The position numbers and the translations under genes are program-made. A stretch of DNA of 64,000 nucleotides from Eledone cirrhosa (Eukaryota): the NCBI GenBank assembly GCA_964016885.1, contig OZ024743.1:185070001-185134000 (forward strand), in the 5' to 3' direction. Below the pieces are notes generated by a model. That model searched no databases, had not been told where the DNA came from, and saw nothing but the letters and a program-made list of their open reading frames with translations. Shown piece after piece: positions 24,190-37,061 of this stretch. Position 1 is the first letter of the stretch, and every line of letters begins with the position of its first letter.

Positions 24190-27100
24190 TCATGTACACG
24201 CACGTGATTTTTCCGACCCGCTTTTGTTTTGCAAGCGTGTTAATAGATGTGATTTTTGAACTGCCTGTCTCCTGGCATTACCAGTTGGGGTGTGTATTCA
24301 TGCATTCTACCATGTCTGGTCAGTCCACCAGTTCCCTTGCAAATTAAGCCATACTCATTGCAAATGTACCGTGGAGAGCTGGCGGCAGAACCATCTCACA
24401 AATGGCTCGATTTTTCCCTGGCTCGTGGGACTTTATATGATTGACAAATTTAGCTCTTGATAGAAGAAATCGTGCACATATATTGCACCTCAATTGCTAC
24501 TAGATTTTTGCAGGCACTGCATTTGGGCCCTGCTGACAGAGTGAACACTTTAAAGCAGCTTGCTCCATTCGCTTTTTCTCAAAGATATCATATACATACT
24601 TGATAATCATTCTCCATGATGTACAGTCTTCACCCAAAGCCTCCCAGTTCTCCATTTCAATCTTCAGAGCTTCAGATTGTCTTTTATAACAACCCTAAAC
24701 GGGTTCTTTGGTTTATGCTGTGTCCTTTCTCCTCTGGTCAGTTACCCATAAAATAACTGTTTAGGCAACCTTCCACCCTCCATTCTGACCACATGATCAG
24801 CCAAACGCTGGCATAATAATCCTCTTCTCAATACTGGTGCTAACCGCTTTCTCAATACAACAACATCAGATGTGTAAACAGGTCACTTGATGTTCATAAT
24901 TCATCGGATACACTGCTAATGAAACATTTCCGGCTGCTTGATGTCTGTAAGTTGTCCACGTTTCGCATCTGTATAACAGTCCTGTAAGAACACAGGCCTC
25001 ATACACAAATAGCTTTGTGTCTCTAGTGATACCCCGATCTTATAGCGTTTATTGACCACTATAGAAAATGAATGGTTTGGTCATTTTACTATTTTATTTA
25101 CTCCAATTTAGAAATAGTATCAAAAGGCGATAGGCTGCGTTTAATGTCAATTGGATTGGAACAACAAGATCTAGTCGCAACAGTATGAACACAGAATATT
25201 TATTTATTGAAGAACATTTTTCAATCGTGTTTGTGAATGTGAACAAGCAGAATACATTTGAACTTGTTAAGAGTACAAGGGTGTTTGCGGATAATACGAT
25301 GTTACCTCTACTGGTTGTCAAGACATTATGGATATCTAATATCCAGTTGGTAGATTAAACATAGCACTCTCGGGTTAGCCATATTTCGCGCCACGTGTCG
25401 CATGTTGAGGACAGCAAATTATTACGTGTTTCTGGTCTGAAACTATCTGCTCTACTACTTGCTTTCGGTTTTGGCACAATGCATTACTCATCCGATAGTT
25501 AGCTGTATCGGATCGTTGACTGGCTAATATTTAGGTGAGGTGAGTTAGTGAACAGGGATCAACGCGTGTAAATTGACCTATTTATCTGTTCACTACAATC
25601 TTCCTGAAGGCAAGATTAGCTTTCGCAGTCCTGTGAGTTATTTCAGCATCGAGGGGTACCATCTCTACTAAGTGTACTTCCGAGATACGCAAAGCTGTTC
25701 ATCACTTCAAAAATTTTCCTCTCACGAAAATGTCTGGTGGAATGTACATGGCCTTTATCTTTTTATGCTAACATTCAGCCCAGATGCAGGGCATGCATTG
25801 GAGAAAGTGTCCAGTATCAACTGAACGTTCTCTACTGTGTGAACCACAAAATCTGCATCATCAGCATACAGGAACTCCCTGACAAGAGTGCCAAATGTTA
25901 TGGACTTGGTGTTAAAACGTCTTAGATTAAAGACTTGCCAGAGGTTCTATCATCAATTTTGAAGTCTTGGAATGCAAATATCAGCAGCACGGCGATATCG
26001 ATGAAGAACAGAGTAGGTGCAGATATGTCACCCTGATTGACACCGTTTTCTACTGAAATTGTAACTGAAGATATCCCATTGAAGTTTACTTTTGCCTTTT
26101 TGATGTAATGTTTTAAATATTCCAACAAATTTAGGAGGGCAACTCAGTTTCCCCAATATTACCCACAATGCACTACGATTAACATGATAGAAGGCTTTCG
26201 TAAAGTCCATAAATTCTTTGTACAGTGACGAGCAACGCGTGTCACTGTACCAAGTATTTGTGGACTTTACGAAAGCCTTTGATGCTCAACACACTTCACC
26301 ATAAGCTGGCGGGCTGAGAAAATCATGTCTATAGTACCCCACCCAGCTCTGAAACTACACTAGATCTCAGAGAGGGCATCAGGGCAGATACATTTTATTA
26401 GGCGATTCAGAAGGACCTTGAATAACATTTTCCTTCCAATTTGAGCAGACTTATACCATAATAATCACTGCATTCAGATTTGGTACCCTTGTCCCTATAA
26501 ATCGACAGCAAAATTGCATACACCCTGTCTTATGGGACAGGCTCACCATGCTATTCATATAAAACTAGCTCATGAATGGCCATAACAACATTGTCTCCTC
26601 CAAATCAACTCAACAGGTATTCCAAACCTGGAGCTTTTCCTATGCTTATCTCTTATAGTAGACCTTAATTCATCAATAGTTGGATCATTCATCATCTCTG
26701 TCACAGTCTCCTTTTGCGGCAGTCCATTAATAACTTGCTCATCAACTACAGATGGGTTATTAAACAGATCTTTAAAGTGTTCGGTCCATCGATTCATGAT
26801 CCCTGCTGGATCTTTGATGAGGACGTTCCCATCTTTTGATTTCAATTTTGTCCCTTTTGAGGACTGTGGGCCAAATGTTTGCCTTATTGTGCTGCATAAC
26901 CCCTGCTTTCTGCATCTCTGCCGAAACTTCAGACCACCAGTTATCTTTCATCTTTCGAGTTTTATATTGCAGTTTTGACTTTGCTTCTTTGAAAGCCTTC
27001 TCAAAAGTGGTCCTCACTGGACCCTCTACGACAAGGCACTTCTCATAGAGCTTGTTCTTTTCAATGAGCATGGTGATTATAGCATCATTGTAATCAAACC

Positions 27101-28150
27101 AATCTCGGTGTTTTGTCTTCTGAAGACCAAGTACATCACCCCCAGCACTGTAAACCTGTGTTTTAAACTGCTCCCAAGTTTCATCAAAGACAACGTTGTT
27201 ATGAACATTATGGAGAGCATCTCGCATTTCTAAACTTTGCAGTTTTGACACATCTATACGTTTTGGCACTTGTACCACTGCTGCCCTCATTTTTCCTTTG
27301 ATCTGTACTTTCATCTTGCCACGTACAATTTTGTGGTCTGTACACATTCTGCACTATGCAATACTCTTACAGAACAGATATCCTGGAGGTCTCTTTTACT
27401 GGTGATGATTTAATCCAAGATGTCTCTATGTTTGGGTCTCGGGTATATCCATGTTGTCTTATGGATCTCCTTTTATTGAAAAAGTATTGCACGCAACCAG
27501 CTCAAACTCAGTGCATAAGTTCAAAAGGAGAAGATCATTAGCATTCATCTTACCCATGCCGTGACATCCTGAAACACTCCAGGTGTGGTCGTCCTTTCCT
27601 ACGCATGCATTGAAATCTCCAGGAAGCAAGATCTTGTCCGAATGTGGAATCGTAAATTTTGGTAAAAAGCCATGATTGATTCCTGGCTACTATCCAGGGG
27701 CATACACTGAAATGACAGTTATGAAATGCCCCTTTAAAGAGGAACTCTAAGATGCATATTTCAATCACCAATGCCTTATGGTTGCTCCAACCACTTTGTG
27801 AGCTCTGTCTTGACAGTGAAACCTACTCTTTCATTCCTTTTCTCCCCATTTTAGTTTCCTTTTCCAGAAGAACGTATAGCTAGCACTTCCCTCAGACAGA
27901 TGACTTTCACCACTAAGATGGGTTTCATAAAGTGCAGCTATATCAATATTATACCTGTTCATTTCTTTACCAATAATAGGACTTATGCTTTCTGGATTTG
28001 TGGGTGATTCCATGTTAAGAAGTGTTCTAATATTCCATGTAGCAACATTCAATGTAATTCTATTCTCTTCTTCTTAAAATTACTATTCTTCTTCTTCTTG
28101 ATTTTCCTGTCAGTATGAACAGTCACTATCCGCGGGTAGCTGGTTCCCCA
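24190..28150 (-). mobile_element. Old, heavily disrupted RTE/BovB-like LINE with an unrelated ~0.65-kb insert near 25045-25710
   Basis: EN start NVATWNIRTL, TDHKIV, DFTKAF...NRSALW and GVNQGDISAPTLF fragments, in order on the minus strand. Confidence 0.8.
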
Positions 28151-28962
28151 TCGCCGCAGGACTTTGAAGAGATATTTGCACAAAGATATCAAAACATTAT
28201 CAGAAAGTAGAAATAATCACTAGGCTATAAAGTAGCAAATATTGTTAGGAGCAAATGTCTCTCAGAACTGCATCGCGGAGTTTATTTCATACGTTATGCT
28301 ATTCATATAAACAACAAAGGATGTTGACAGACCAACTGATTAGTCAACTAATTTTCTAAATGATTAATAAAATTGAAATAATAACATAGACAGTGCGTGT
28401 GTTTTGATTGACAGTATAACCCTACCAAAATACAATAATATGTTTCAAACACAATTTCACACCACGAATCTTGTAAAACAAATAAGAAATTAAATTGTTT
28501 TATTTTCCTCTGATAACGAATTTTCTGACATAGAAATAATAGAAAAAAAGTAGGACGTGTAGTAGGTAAAGGCACTACTTATTGCGGCGGAACAATTAGA
28601 TCACGCATGGTCAGTCACCATGCTGGTAAATCGACGGCGTAGAAATACCAAGTAATGATTTCTGCCCAGCAAGCGAATTCGTGCCTTCTTTCACTTCTGA
28701 ACAGTTCCAGTTCCATTTTCGTACAAACAGACGTTACCAAATTCACTCCCTGGAGCGACTGGTAAGATGAAACATTTGCCAAGGAACTTTGGCCCTCTCG
28801 GCAAGGGCCCAGCAACATCTTACCTAGATATATGCCACAATGGCGCCTAGCATTATATTGTAATATTTTACGGGAAAAAAATAAATTCTTTATTATATTT
28901 CCTCGCTGATCCTTCCACATGTACTACCAACATTAAACACCCAGCCTTATAACATAGTCTTC

Positions 28963-29428
28963 TGTAGCGGCCCATTACGGCTGTGACTCAGCACGTATGG
29001 GAGTTGCGTCCCTTTACGACGGGCGCGACCCCCATTGGCAGATTTATGTACTAAATGGAGTTGCGTCCCCCTGGGGACTATATATTTGAGGACTGTCAAG
29101 GCATAAGCCTCCCTCGCATCCTGAACTTCGAAGGGACAACAAGAACACCTGAGACCTTGTCAAGAGATGACTCCTGTCTCACTTCCTTCGCCCGCAAGAA
29201 GAAGAATACCGGCAGCCTAAAGAAATACTTGAACACCTCCAAGAGAAGATTTCTGTTCTTCTCTACACACTCCAGTCTGGGAGTTGTGACCAACTGAACA
29301 TCTACATGTGGTAACAAATTATTTATGTTAATTTATTTGACTTCTGTGAAGTAAAATCTTGTCACAACACTCACCTGCATTTATTGTCATTCTTGATAAT
29401 ATATATATTATGATACTAATATCCTAAA
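28963..29428 (+). mobile_element. Solo LTR
   Basis: TGTAG...CCTAAA termini, 4-bp TSD CTTC, internal TATATAT box and LTR-like composition. Confidence 0.65.
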
Positions 29429-29699
29429 CTTCTTTAAGGATCCTTCTCGCAACCAAAAAATATTATTTTAAAGAACCTTTCTGCTAAAGACGCATTTATT
29501 TCGTTAATCAAGGTATTGGTGCATTTAAATATATACATTTTGTTGTAAAACACACACACATAAATATATATATTCACATACTGACAAACAGACACATATA
29601 CACACAAACGCGCGTGTATGTACATACAAGGACATATTTCTCACATGACTTCCTCTTCGGTAAATTCTACGCTCAAATTTTCTTGGCTTTCACGTTTAT

Positions 29700-30660
29700 C
29701 TCACACAAAATTGTCCTCTCTTTTTTATCTCCAAACCCAGCCTCGAGATATTAGGCATAAACAGTATTATTGCATTTGACTTCAGCATGAAAATCTTTTA
29801 GTAGGCTCCACCTATCCTTTATCTGTTGGATTGGTAGCTTCCTGTTAGATCACAGCATGTGTTGATGGAGCACTCTCTGACTCACGGTCTATCACATTTG
29901 ATGTGTCCCAAACTTCGGTTTTCTTCTCATACTTTTCCTTCTAAATATCAACGACCTTATTGCCGTCATTTTCAACAACGCCTTCTATACATGATAGAAT
30001 ATTTCATTGTTGCCCAATCTTTCGTAACCAAGCATCATCCACTTGCAACTTAGACGCCTATTGCTAAATCTGTACTGCCGTTATGGAGACCTCGAAGATA
30101 TTTACAAATGAGGTCGTTCCTTTCTTCAACAGCACAAAAACACAACCATTACACACATGATGAAAACAATATCAACACCCATCGTACTTTAAAAATGAAT
30201 AACACACAACTAGAATCACGACAGTCACTACACATGCTAGGAGTCATATCATCACTGAGGATCTCACATATTCAACTTAATAAAGACTGCATCACAAAGA
30301 CTGGCCTTTCAGAAAATACTTCAGCCACACGCAACAAACTACTTATCGTCTACAAAGCTCATGAGAGACCTAGAATTGAGTGAGATGTATAAAGTAGTGC
30401 TGCTAACAAACATATATATTAGACTGAATTATCATTCCCAAAAGGCCAGCAGGCTGATCGATATGAAATCGATTGCTAACCTATTCCAACATCTGACGCA
30501 CAGACGTTCTACCTCATCTTTCTGCCCTTTCTATTGCTACTTCGGTGATCTCTGCTCTTTGGAGCTGATTGGTCTCATGTCACTTTCTACTTACTTGTCT
30601 CTCGGAACGTCGGATCTCTGGAATTCATTCCCTGTCCATATTGTTTTGCTGTTTTCGTCG
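29700..30660 (+). mobile_element. Degenerate CR1/Jockey-like LINE RT fragment
   Basis: Remnants WIGSFL, YKAHERPRIE and HRRSTSSFCPFYCYFGDLCSLEL. Confidence 0.55.
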
Positions 30661-31105
30661 ATTTCTAACTATCCCAGAGAACATAAATTGCGTCAATATT
30701 ATTGGTCTCGAAGAGAATATGATGATACTGGGCAGTGCTTCTTAATTCAGACCCCCCAAAAATAATACATACATATATACAAACAATTTTAAAGATTTTC
30801 GTTTGAGTCGCATTATCCCTGCCACCGCAGTCATTCCCCAAAACCTTTATATCATTTTTCTCAAAAAAAGCCAACATATAAACATAAACATAATAGTCGT
30901 AAAACCTCATTAGCCCAATGAGATATAGTGCCAATAGTGAGTGCAGAGAAACTGCAACTTCATGCTCTGGCCTATCCCCATTGCTTACCTTAACTGCGGT
31001 TACCATTAGAACCTAAAGGCTTACTAAAACAGACTGCATAGTGTAACAAATATAACATGCCCAGCAACAACATGGCACTCTCTAGGATGAATCACTTTAT
31101 GAATG

Positions 31106-31349
31106 AATACACATTTTGGTCCTCCTTAAGACAGTTTCCGATATAGCATGCCTCTATGTATCTGTGGATCGCATCATGTCGTCCGACCAGTTACCACATG
31201 TCAACTCAATCAAGCCTCACCTAGGGCAATACACATTTTGGTCCTCCTTAAGACAGATGCGTGCTATATCTGAAACTATGTATCTGTGAATCGCATCCTG
31301 TCGTTCGACCAGTTACCACATGTTAACTCAATCAAGACTCACCTAGGGC
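31106..31349. repeat. 122-bp tandem duplication with an internal 23-bp inversion between the copies
   Basis: Copies start AATACACATTTTGG at 31106 and 31228. 31133-31155 is the reverse complement of 31255-31277. Confidence 0.85.
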
Positions 31350-31415
31350 TACATAACAACAACAACATATTAATTTATTTTTATTCGTCTATTTATTACA
31401 AATGGGACACAAGAT

Positions 31416-32444
31416 TTATCTTTTAATTAGATTCACTAAATTCTTCCTGAAAGGAGGGTTGAAGATTAAGTGTAATATTGGAATAATCACATCGGTGATA
31501 TAATACGAATGTGCAGATAATTTGAAAAACATGTTTTCATCTAGTATCCAGGTGTTTCTAAAACGAGCTCTTTCTGAAGATATGAAAACTATTGTGAAAT
31601 GTGGTATGTAGCTCAGACACCAAGAAACAGTAATAAAAAACATATTAAATGTGAGTCGAGTTATGATAATAAAAGATTTTTTGTAGTTTCTGTGTGGAAT
31701 ATATACTGGATCTCTCTGACTAAGTATCACCTCTGGTTGGCTTTGCAAGGCGATCGATATTTTCTTTCGTTTACAGTGTTCTGTCAACTTTAAAAATATC
31801 ATAGTATAGATTACAACGAACATCCCAAATATTAACACGAATATTGTTAACATCAAACCAAAAAAGACGACTGTGAAGGCTGGAACAGTTTTATCTGAAA
31901 TCGAGCAATTGGTACCGTTTAAGTTTTGATTCAATATGGGAACTTGTCTGACACCACTAACGTAAAAGTACCCGGGCACCAGCATGGTTGCCATTACAAT
32001 GTCAAAGCTAACGATCATCTTAATATCCTCACGCGTAAACAGAGACCGAAGCGGCAAACATACCATTTTAAAGTGATTGACAGCAATTGTAATTATTATG
32101 AATCCTGATACAACAGACGTCATAAAAACGAAAGATCGCATAGTACGACAAAGAACATCGTCTGGAAAAATATATGGATGATAAAGGAAATAAATATCCA
32201 TTGGTATAGATAGCAGGCATTCTATAATCTGACTGTAGCCCAGATAAACAATAAGTGAAGAGGACGCGGATGAAATTAATTTATACTGTTGTATATAAAC
32301 GACTGAACTATTACCAATAATACCCACTACCATAATGATGAACAGAGTAATAATTATAGGGGAGTCGGTTTGCACTCTTTCTTGGTTCAATGATTCTAAT
32401 TCTTGTTCGTTACTAATTTCGAGTATACGAACTGTTTGTTGCAT
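31416..32444 (-). CDS. Orphan rhodopsin-class (class A) GPCR, 342 aa, single coding exon
   Basis: Seven hydrophobic segments, TM1 GIIGN, TM3 Cys, ECL2 Cys, TM6 YIP and helix-8 FRKNL. First ATG at 32444 with an upstream in-frame TAA at 32492. Strong acceptor ctttccacag at 32494 and AATAAA signals near 31375-31395. Confidence 0.88.
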   Translation of the reverse strand: MQQTVRILEISNEQELESLNQERVQTDSPIIITLFIIMVVGIIGNSSVVYIQQYKLISSASSSLIVYLGYSQIIECLLSIPMDIYFLYHPYIFPDDVLCRTMRSFVFMTSVVSGFIIITIAVNHFKMVCLPLRSLFTREDIKMIVSFDIVMATMLVPGYFYVSGVRQVPILNQNLNGTNCSISDKTVPAFTVVFFGLMLTIFVLIFGMFVVIYTMIFLKLTEHCKRKKISIALQSQPEVILSQRDPVYIPHRNYKKSFIIITRLTFNMFFITVSWCLSYIPHFTIVFISSERARFRNTWILDENMFFKLSAHSYYITDVIIPILHLIFNPPFRKNLVNLIKR

Positions 32445-33439
32445 CGTCAATCTGTTTCGATGCAATTGAACTGGTCGCAGGTTCAATAATTATCTGTGGA
32501 AAGTAAATACAAAATGAAAGTAATTGTAATGGGATTATAAACAAATGAGTTTTAATTCACGGCTATAAAAAAAGCATTTCTTTCTTCCCCACTAATGTAT
32601 GAATTCAAAAGACCTCTCATACCACTAGCCAAACTTTGATGGAGAGAGTAGATGAAAGAAAGTAGAAGATAGCTTTAGAAGAAGTTTATTATATATACCC
32701 ATTTCTTTCTATATACGTATAGGTTTCTACTCTAGTAAAATCTTTGGAATTAATTTTAAACATATTACAAACTTTTAACACTTCTCAATGATGCTTTCAA
32801 ATAAAAATACAAAGTTTGAGAACATTGATGAAAAGGAATTTTCTCTAACTCAACCTAATTCATTCCAATTTGAACATTTCCAATTTATTTTATTCTACTT
32901 TGTAATCAGACTCACACCGATGAAAAATTATATTTCAAAAAGGCTTATCTGTGATTACACAAGAACCCAAACTTGACTAATTAAACATTTCAAATAACCA
33001 TGCCTTTAAAGTATTGTCTATTAGAGAACACATCGATCGTTCGTCTTTTTTTAAACCGTTTTTACATTTGAAAAAGAAGGTAGTATACTGAAATATCATG
33101 TTGAAATATACTGGATAAAAACATTACTTTGTTTTGTTTTGTTTGTCACCCTTTGCCCTTTATATATTTCTACCACATTATACCGGCTTTTTGAAACTTA
33201 TCAGTCTTTTATTATATATATCACAATGCTTCGTATTAACTATACTACTTTATTGCATCTATTAATCAGAGTCCATAGTTCTCGTCTGTTGTCGGTGATG
33301 TTACATCAATTCTCACCTCTCTCCAAAATTATCTACACTGGTAAAGTCACTTTAGTAACTTTTTTTTTTTTCAAATATTGATGGATCCCAGGTAAATACC
33401 ATGACTGACACCCTCTTTCCAATGTATGGAATGAAATGA

Positions 33440-33772
33440 ACCTCCACCGGTTTCGACTATGAGTGTTCCAGTTTTTCGATCAACGGAACAGTCCACTCGC
33501 GAAATTAACGTGTAAGTGGCTGATCCACTTTAACGTAAATCTCAGGAAGATTCTGCATGGCACCTTGTGTGACTTGGATAGACCCTTGAATTACAGGTAC
33601 AGTCCATTCGATGAGCTTCCAAACAGTTTTCATCAACACAATTTTACTCACAAGGCTTGGTTCGACCTGAGGTTATGGAAAATGTCACTTACCCAAGGTG
33701 TCACGCGGTAGGACCAAACTTGGGAACTTATGTTTGCAAAGCCAACTTCTAAACCATTCGGCCATGCTGCGT
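33440..33772 (-). mobile_element. tRNA SINE with CORE-like 5' part and Ceph-like domain
   Basis: Minus strand has a tRNA head, CCTTGGGTAAGTGAC, and CTCAGGTCGAACCAAGCCTTGTGAGT...GAAAACTG. Confidence 0.65.
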
Positions 33773-34020
33773 TCCACAATCGGCGTTGTATTCACACACA
33801 CTATGTATAAACTAAAGAAAAAAATAATCAACATTTGTGGTAGTGTTTATTATTTGGAAATAGTTGATGATTCACGCCGCCGCAACTCAGTTTTCCGCCA
33901 TGTCTGATATTATATATATATATAAATGAAGTAATTCCGTCGGAAAAGTCCAGGAAAAAAGAGTGCTCTATGTAGGTAACAGAGCTTAATAGTTATGTAA
34001 TAAACAACATAAGGCAATTA

Positions 34021-34080
34021 TTCCATTTACCAGTGGTTTCTTAAAAGCAAAAGATTTTGCTTTCAATCCTCAGAATGAAA
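34021..34080 (-). ncRNA. Type-I hammerhead ribozyme (family A)
   Basis: tttcatt-CTGAGGA-ttgaaagcaaaa(tc)ttttgcttttaa-GAAA-cc(act)gg-TA-aatggaa; all three stems pair. Confidence 0.85.
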
Positions 34081-34171
34081 AAATCCTGGTCTGTTTATTG
34101 AATTTGGATTTTATGTTGATTTAAAACTGCACTATTCACAAGTGTGTTTTAACCTTCATATCATGTCTCCC

Positions 34172-34242
34172 TATTTTATCTGACGAAAACGCAAATGTTA
34201 TTGCATGATGATATTTGTTTTTGAAATGCGCATAATAAAATA
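34172..34242 (+). ncRNA. Type-I hammerhead ribozyme (family B)
   Basis: tattttat-CTGACGA-stem II-GAAA-tgcgca-TA-ataaaata: 8-bp stem I and palindromic stem III ATGCGCAT. Confidence 0.82.
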
Positions 34243-34412
34243 CATGGAACTCTTTTAACCATCTTTTGATCTTATATATTATTATATATATATATATATT
34301 AAAATAACAGATTAAATTTTAAGCAAAGAATCACTGCTTTCACGCGTAATGGGATCTTCTGAAACAAAAAAATCAATCTGTGAACACATAAGTAAATATT
34401 TCGAAAAATGTT

Positions 34413-34459
<47 letters not shown>

Positions 34460-34461
<2 letters not shown>

Positions 34462-35075
34462 TATAGCGTCATAATGTCGTAATGCAGACCGCCAGATATA
34501 CATACAAATATTATAAGGGCGCAACGTTATATTTATGTTATATCTAAAAAGAAAGACTAAGAATTATAGAGAGAGATCGCTAAATCGCATGCAAACGCAC
34601 ACAAACTCACACACACACGCGCGCACGTACACACACACGCAATAGTTATTCCACTGTCATGTATCTTTGACGCATACAACTCTCAAAAGACGACGTCTGT
34701 CACTCTCTCTCTCTCTCCCGCTATCCCCCTTTTTTAGTCTGTCTGTTTCTTTCACTCTCACTCTTTCTCTCTGTAACTCGTTCACATTTCCCCCCTCAAT
34801 CGAAAAACGCTGTGACGAATGGGGAGAAGGAGGAGGAGGAGTAGAGAGACACTTCTTCACTTCGCCTCTCCGTTTCTTTCTCTCCCCTCTCACTCCCTCA
34901 TTACGTACAGACATTGGCCACTTCACTAATTCGATCCCTAGGTCAGAATAATTTGAATTTTTTTTTTGCTCAAAACACTTCCGGTGCCATACGGGTTACA
35001 TGTGTAAAGTTTGAAAAAAAAACGGTTGGGTACTTCTCGAGTTTTAGGGAAACAGACACACAGACAGACATCCTC

Positions 35076-35085
<10 letters not shown>
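34460..35085 (+). mobile_element. Helitron/Helentron-associated (HINE/DINE-1-like) non-autonomous fragment
   Basis: 3' signature GTAAAGTTTGA...CGGTTG...CTCGAG...ACAGACAGACA...TTTTATATATA and internal microsatellites. Confidence 0.45.
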
Positions 35086-35113
<28 letters not shown>

Positions 35114-35272
35114 ATATAAAACGAAAAATCAGTGATGCATCTGAACTCAATTTATTGTGTGTTACAATTGTTTCGCCGGCGGACGGCTCGAGACACGATC
35201 ATTGTGTGGATCTGTCTGATTCTGGATCTTCAGGTTCGACAGACACCTATGGAAGCACCTTAGCTACCATCA

Positions 35273-35325
<53 letters not shown>

Positions 35326-35455
35326 GCAAAAGTTTTATTTTAATTGTTGGGATACAACAAGCAAATATTTTTATAACTGATATAAAGCACTCGACAAATA
35401 TTTGGAGTAGATATACGATATTAATAAATGGAAACTATATTTATAAAACCATATT

Positions 35456-35520
35456 TATTTAATTATATATATTTCAAGGATACCAAGTTACATTATGGTA
35501 TGCCTTCATCAGACAAAATA
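35456..35520 (-). ncRNA. Type-I hammerhead ribozyme (family C)
   Basis: tattttgt-CTGATGA-aggcatacca..tggtatcctt-GAAA-tatata-TA-attaaata. Confidence 0.7.
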
Positions 35521-37061
35521 CAATATTTTTTTTTTAACTTTTTTTATTTTATTTATTTTTTTTTTTTTAACTTTTTTTATTTATTTATTTATTTATTTAT
35601 TATTTTTTTTTTTTACTTTTTAAATATTTTGATATCTGTAGAATCCTTATTTTTTAAGTTATAGTTATATTGATATAATGTTTTATTTTTTATTAGATTT
35701 ATTTTTTATTAGATTCATTTTATTTATTTTTTATTAGATTCATTTTATTTTTATTTTTATTAGATTTGTTTTTATTAGATTTGTCTTTATTCTGATAGCT
35801 TCTCATAATTTTTATTAGATTTATTTTTTTATTCTGATAGCTTCTCATAATTTTCAAAAGTTTGTCCTTTCAATATCTTGATTAAAATATACGTAAGATT
35901 AATTTCTATACTAAATATATTAAACATATTATTTTAACTTAAAATATTCTATAATATTTTGGGATATTTTAGTATTTTGATATTTGTAGAATTCGTTTGT
36001 TTTTTAAGTTATATTAATATAATTATATTTCCAAAATATAATCCTTTTGTATTTTATATACTCAATTGTACTATGTTATATGTTGATGTATACGTATATC
36101 TATATACGGCTAATGTATCTATATGTGTGTGTTGACATACATATACATGTGTTATATGCTTTTTTATGATTATATGTCTGTCTGTATATATGCATGAGTG
36201 ACGCGTGTATTCCAATTGAAGATGCACACACATATCTATTCATGTATAGCTAAGAATTATGGATGGAAATGTACAGGCTTACACATGCAGTTTTTGATTG
36301 CAGATATGCATAACTTAACAGCCATAAATGCATGAAAGTTAATCCTATATATTTATATATATATACTAAAAACTTTTAATTTTTAATTAATAACACAGGG
36401 AATGTATGGCAATAAATAAAAAATCACTTATGCTTTGTATATATATATTATGTGCGGGGGTATATATAATGTGTATTTTCTGAGTGAGTGTGTATACATA
36501 TATATTTATATACCTTTGCCTATGTATATGTAATATGCGATAGATAATCTCTCTCGCAATATATATATTTTATAATGTTTAAATTCCAATTTTTAATATA
36601 TTGATCTCAATTTTAAACTAAATATCTAATCATAATTAAACAATGTGTAATTTCTCATATTATATATCTATATTCCATTCATGAATATTAATATTTCTAA
36701 TTTTATTTATGCTTTTCATCCCAATTGTTAACTCAACTTAATATGACATAACTAAAGGTTTTCGTTCTCTCCCCCCTCTCTCTATCTCTATATATCTCTC
36801 TCTGGATTTTTTTTTCTCTGTCTGATGGTTTGATATCTCCCCGTTATTTTTCCTCTGTTCTCTTTTCTTTCTTCTTTTTCTTTATCTATCTCTCCCTTTT
36901 TTTTTTCTCCACATTTCTCTCTCTCTCTCCATCTTTTTACTTACTCTTAACACTATGACTTACTAAAGTAAACAAATCACTATCCTGATGGCCTCCAAAA
37001 ACAACGGTCAATTTTTTAAAGGGGTACGTCAATGTCTATTTATAAAAAATAAATAATATTG

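Larger units (their letters stand above)
33922..34277. mobile_element. Chimeric non-autonomous PLE insertion: family A on minus plus family B on plus, in (TA)n
   Basis: 33922-34113 matches 38208-38397. 34114-34277 matches the family B arms at 37611-37933. Confidence 0.8.

Noticed and set aside
33922-34277. Integrated viroid or obelisk-like agent
   Set aside because: Both halves match PLE pLTR families present separately nearby. There is no rod-like self-complementarity, no tandem multimer and no ORF.
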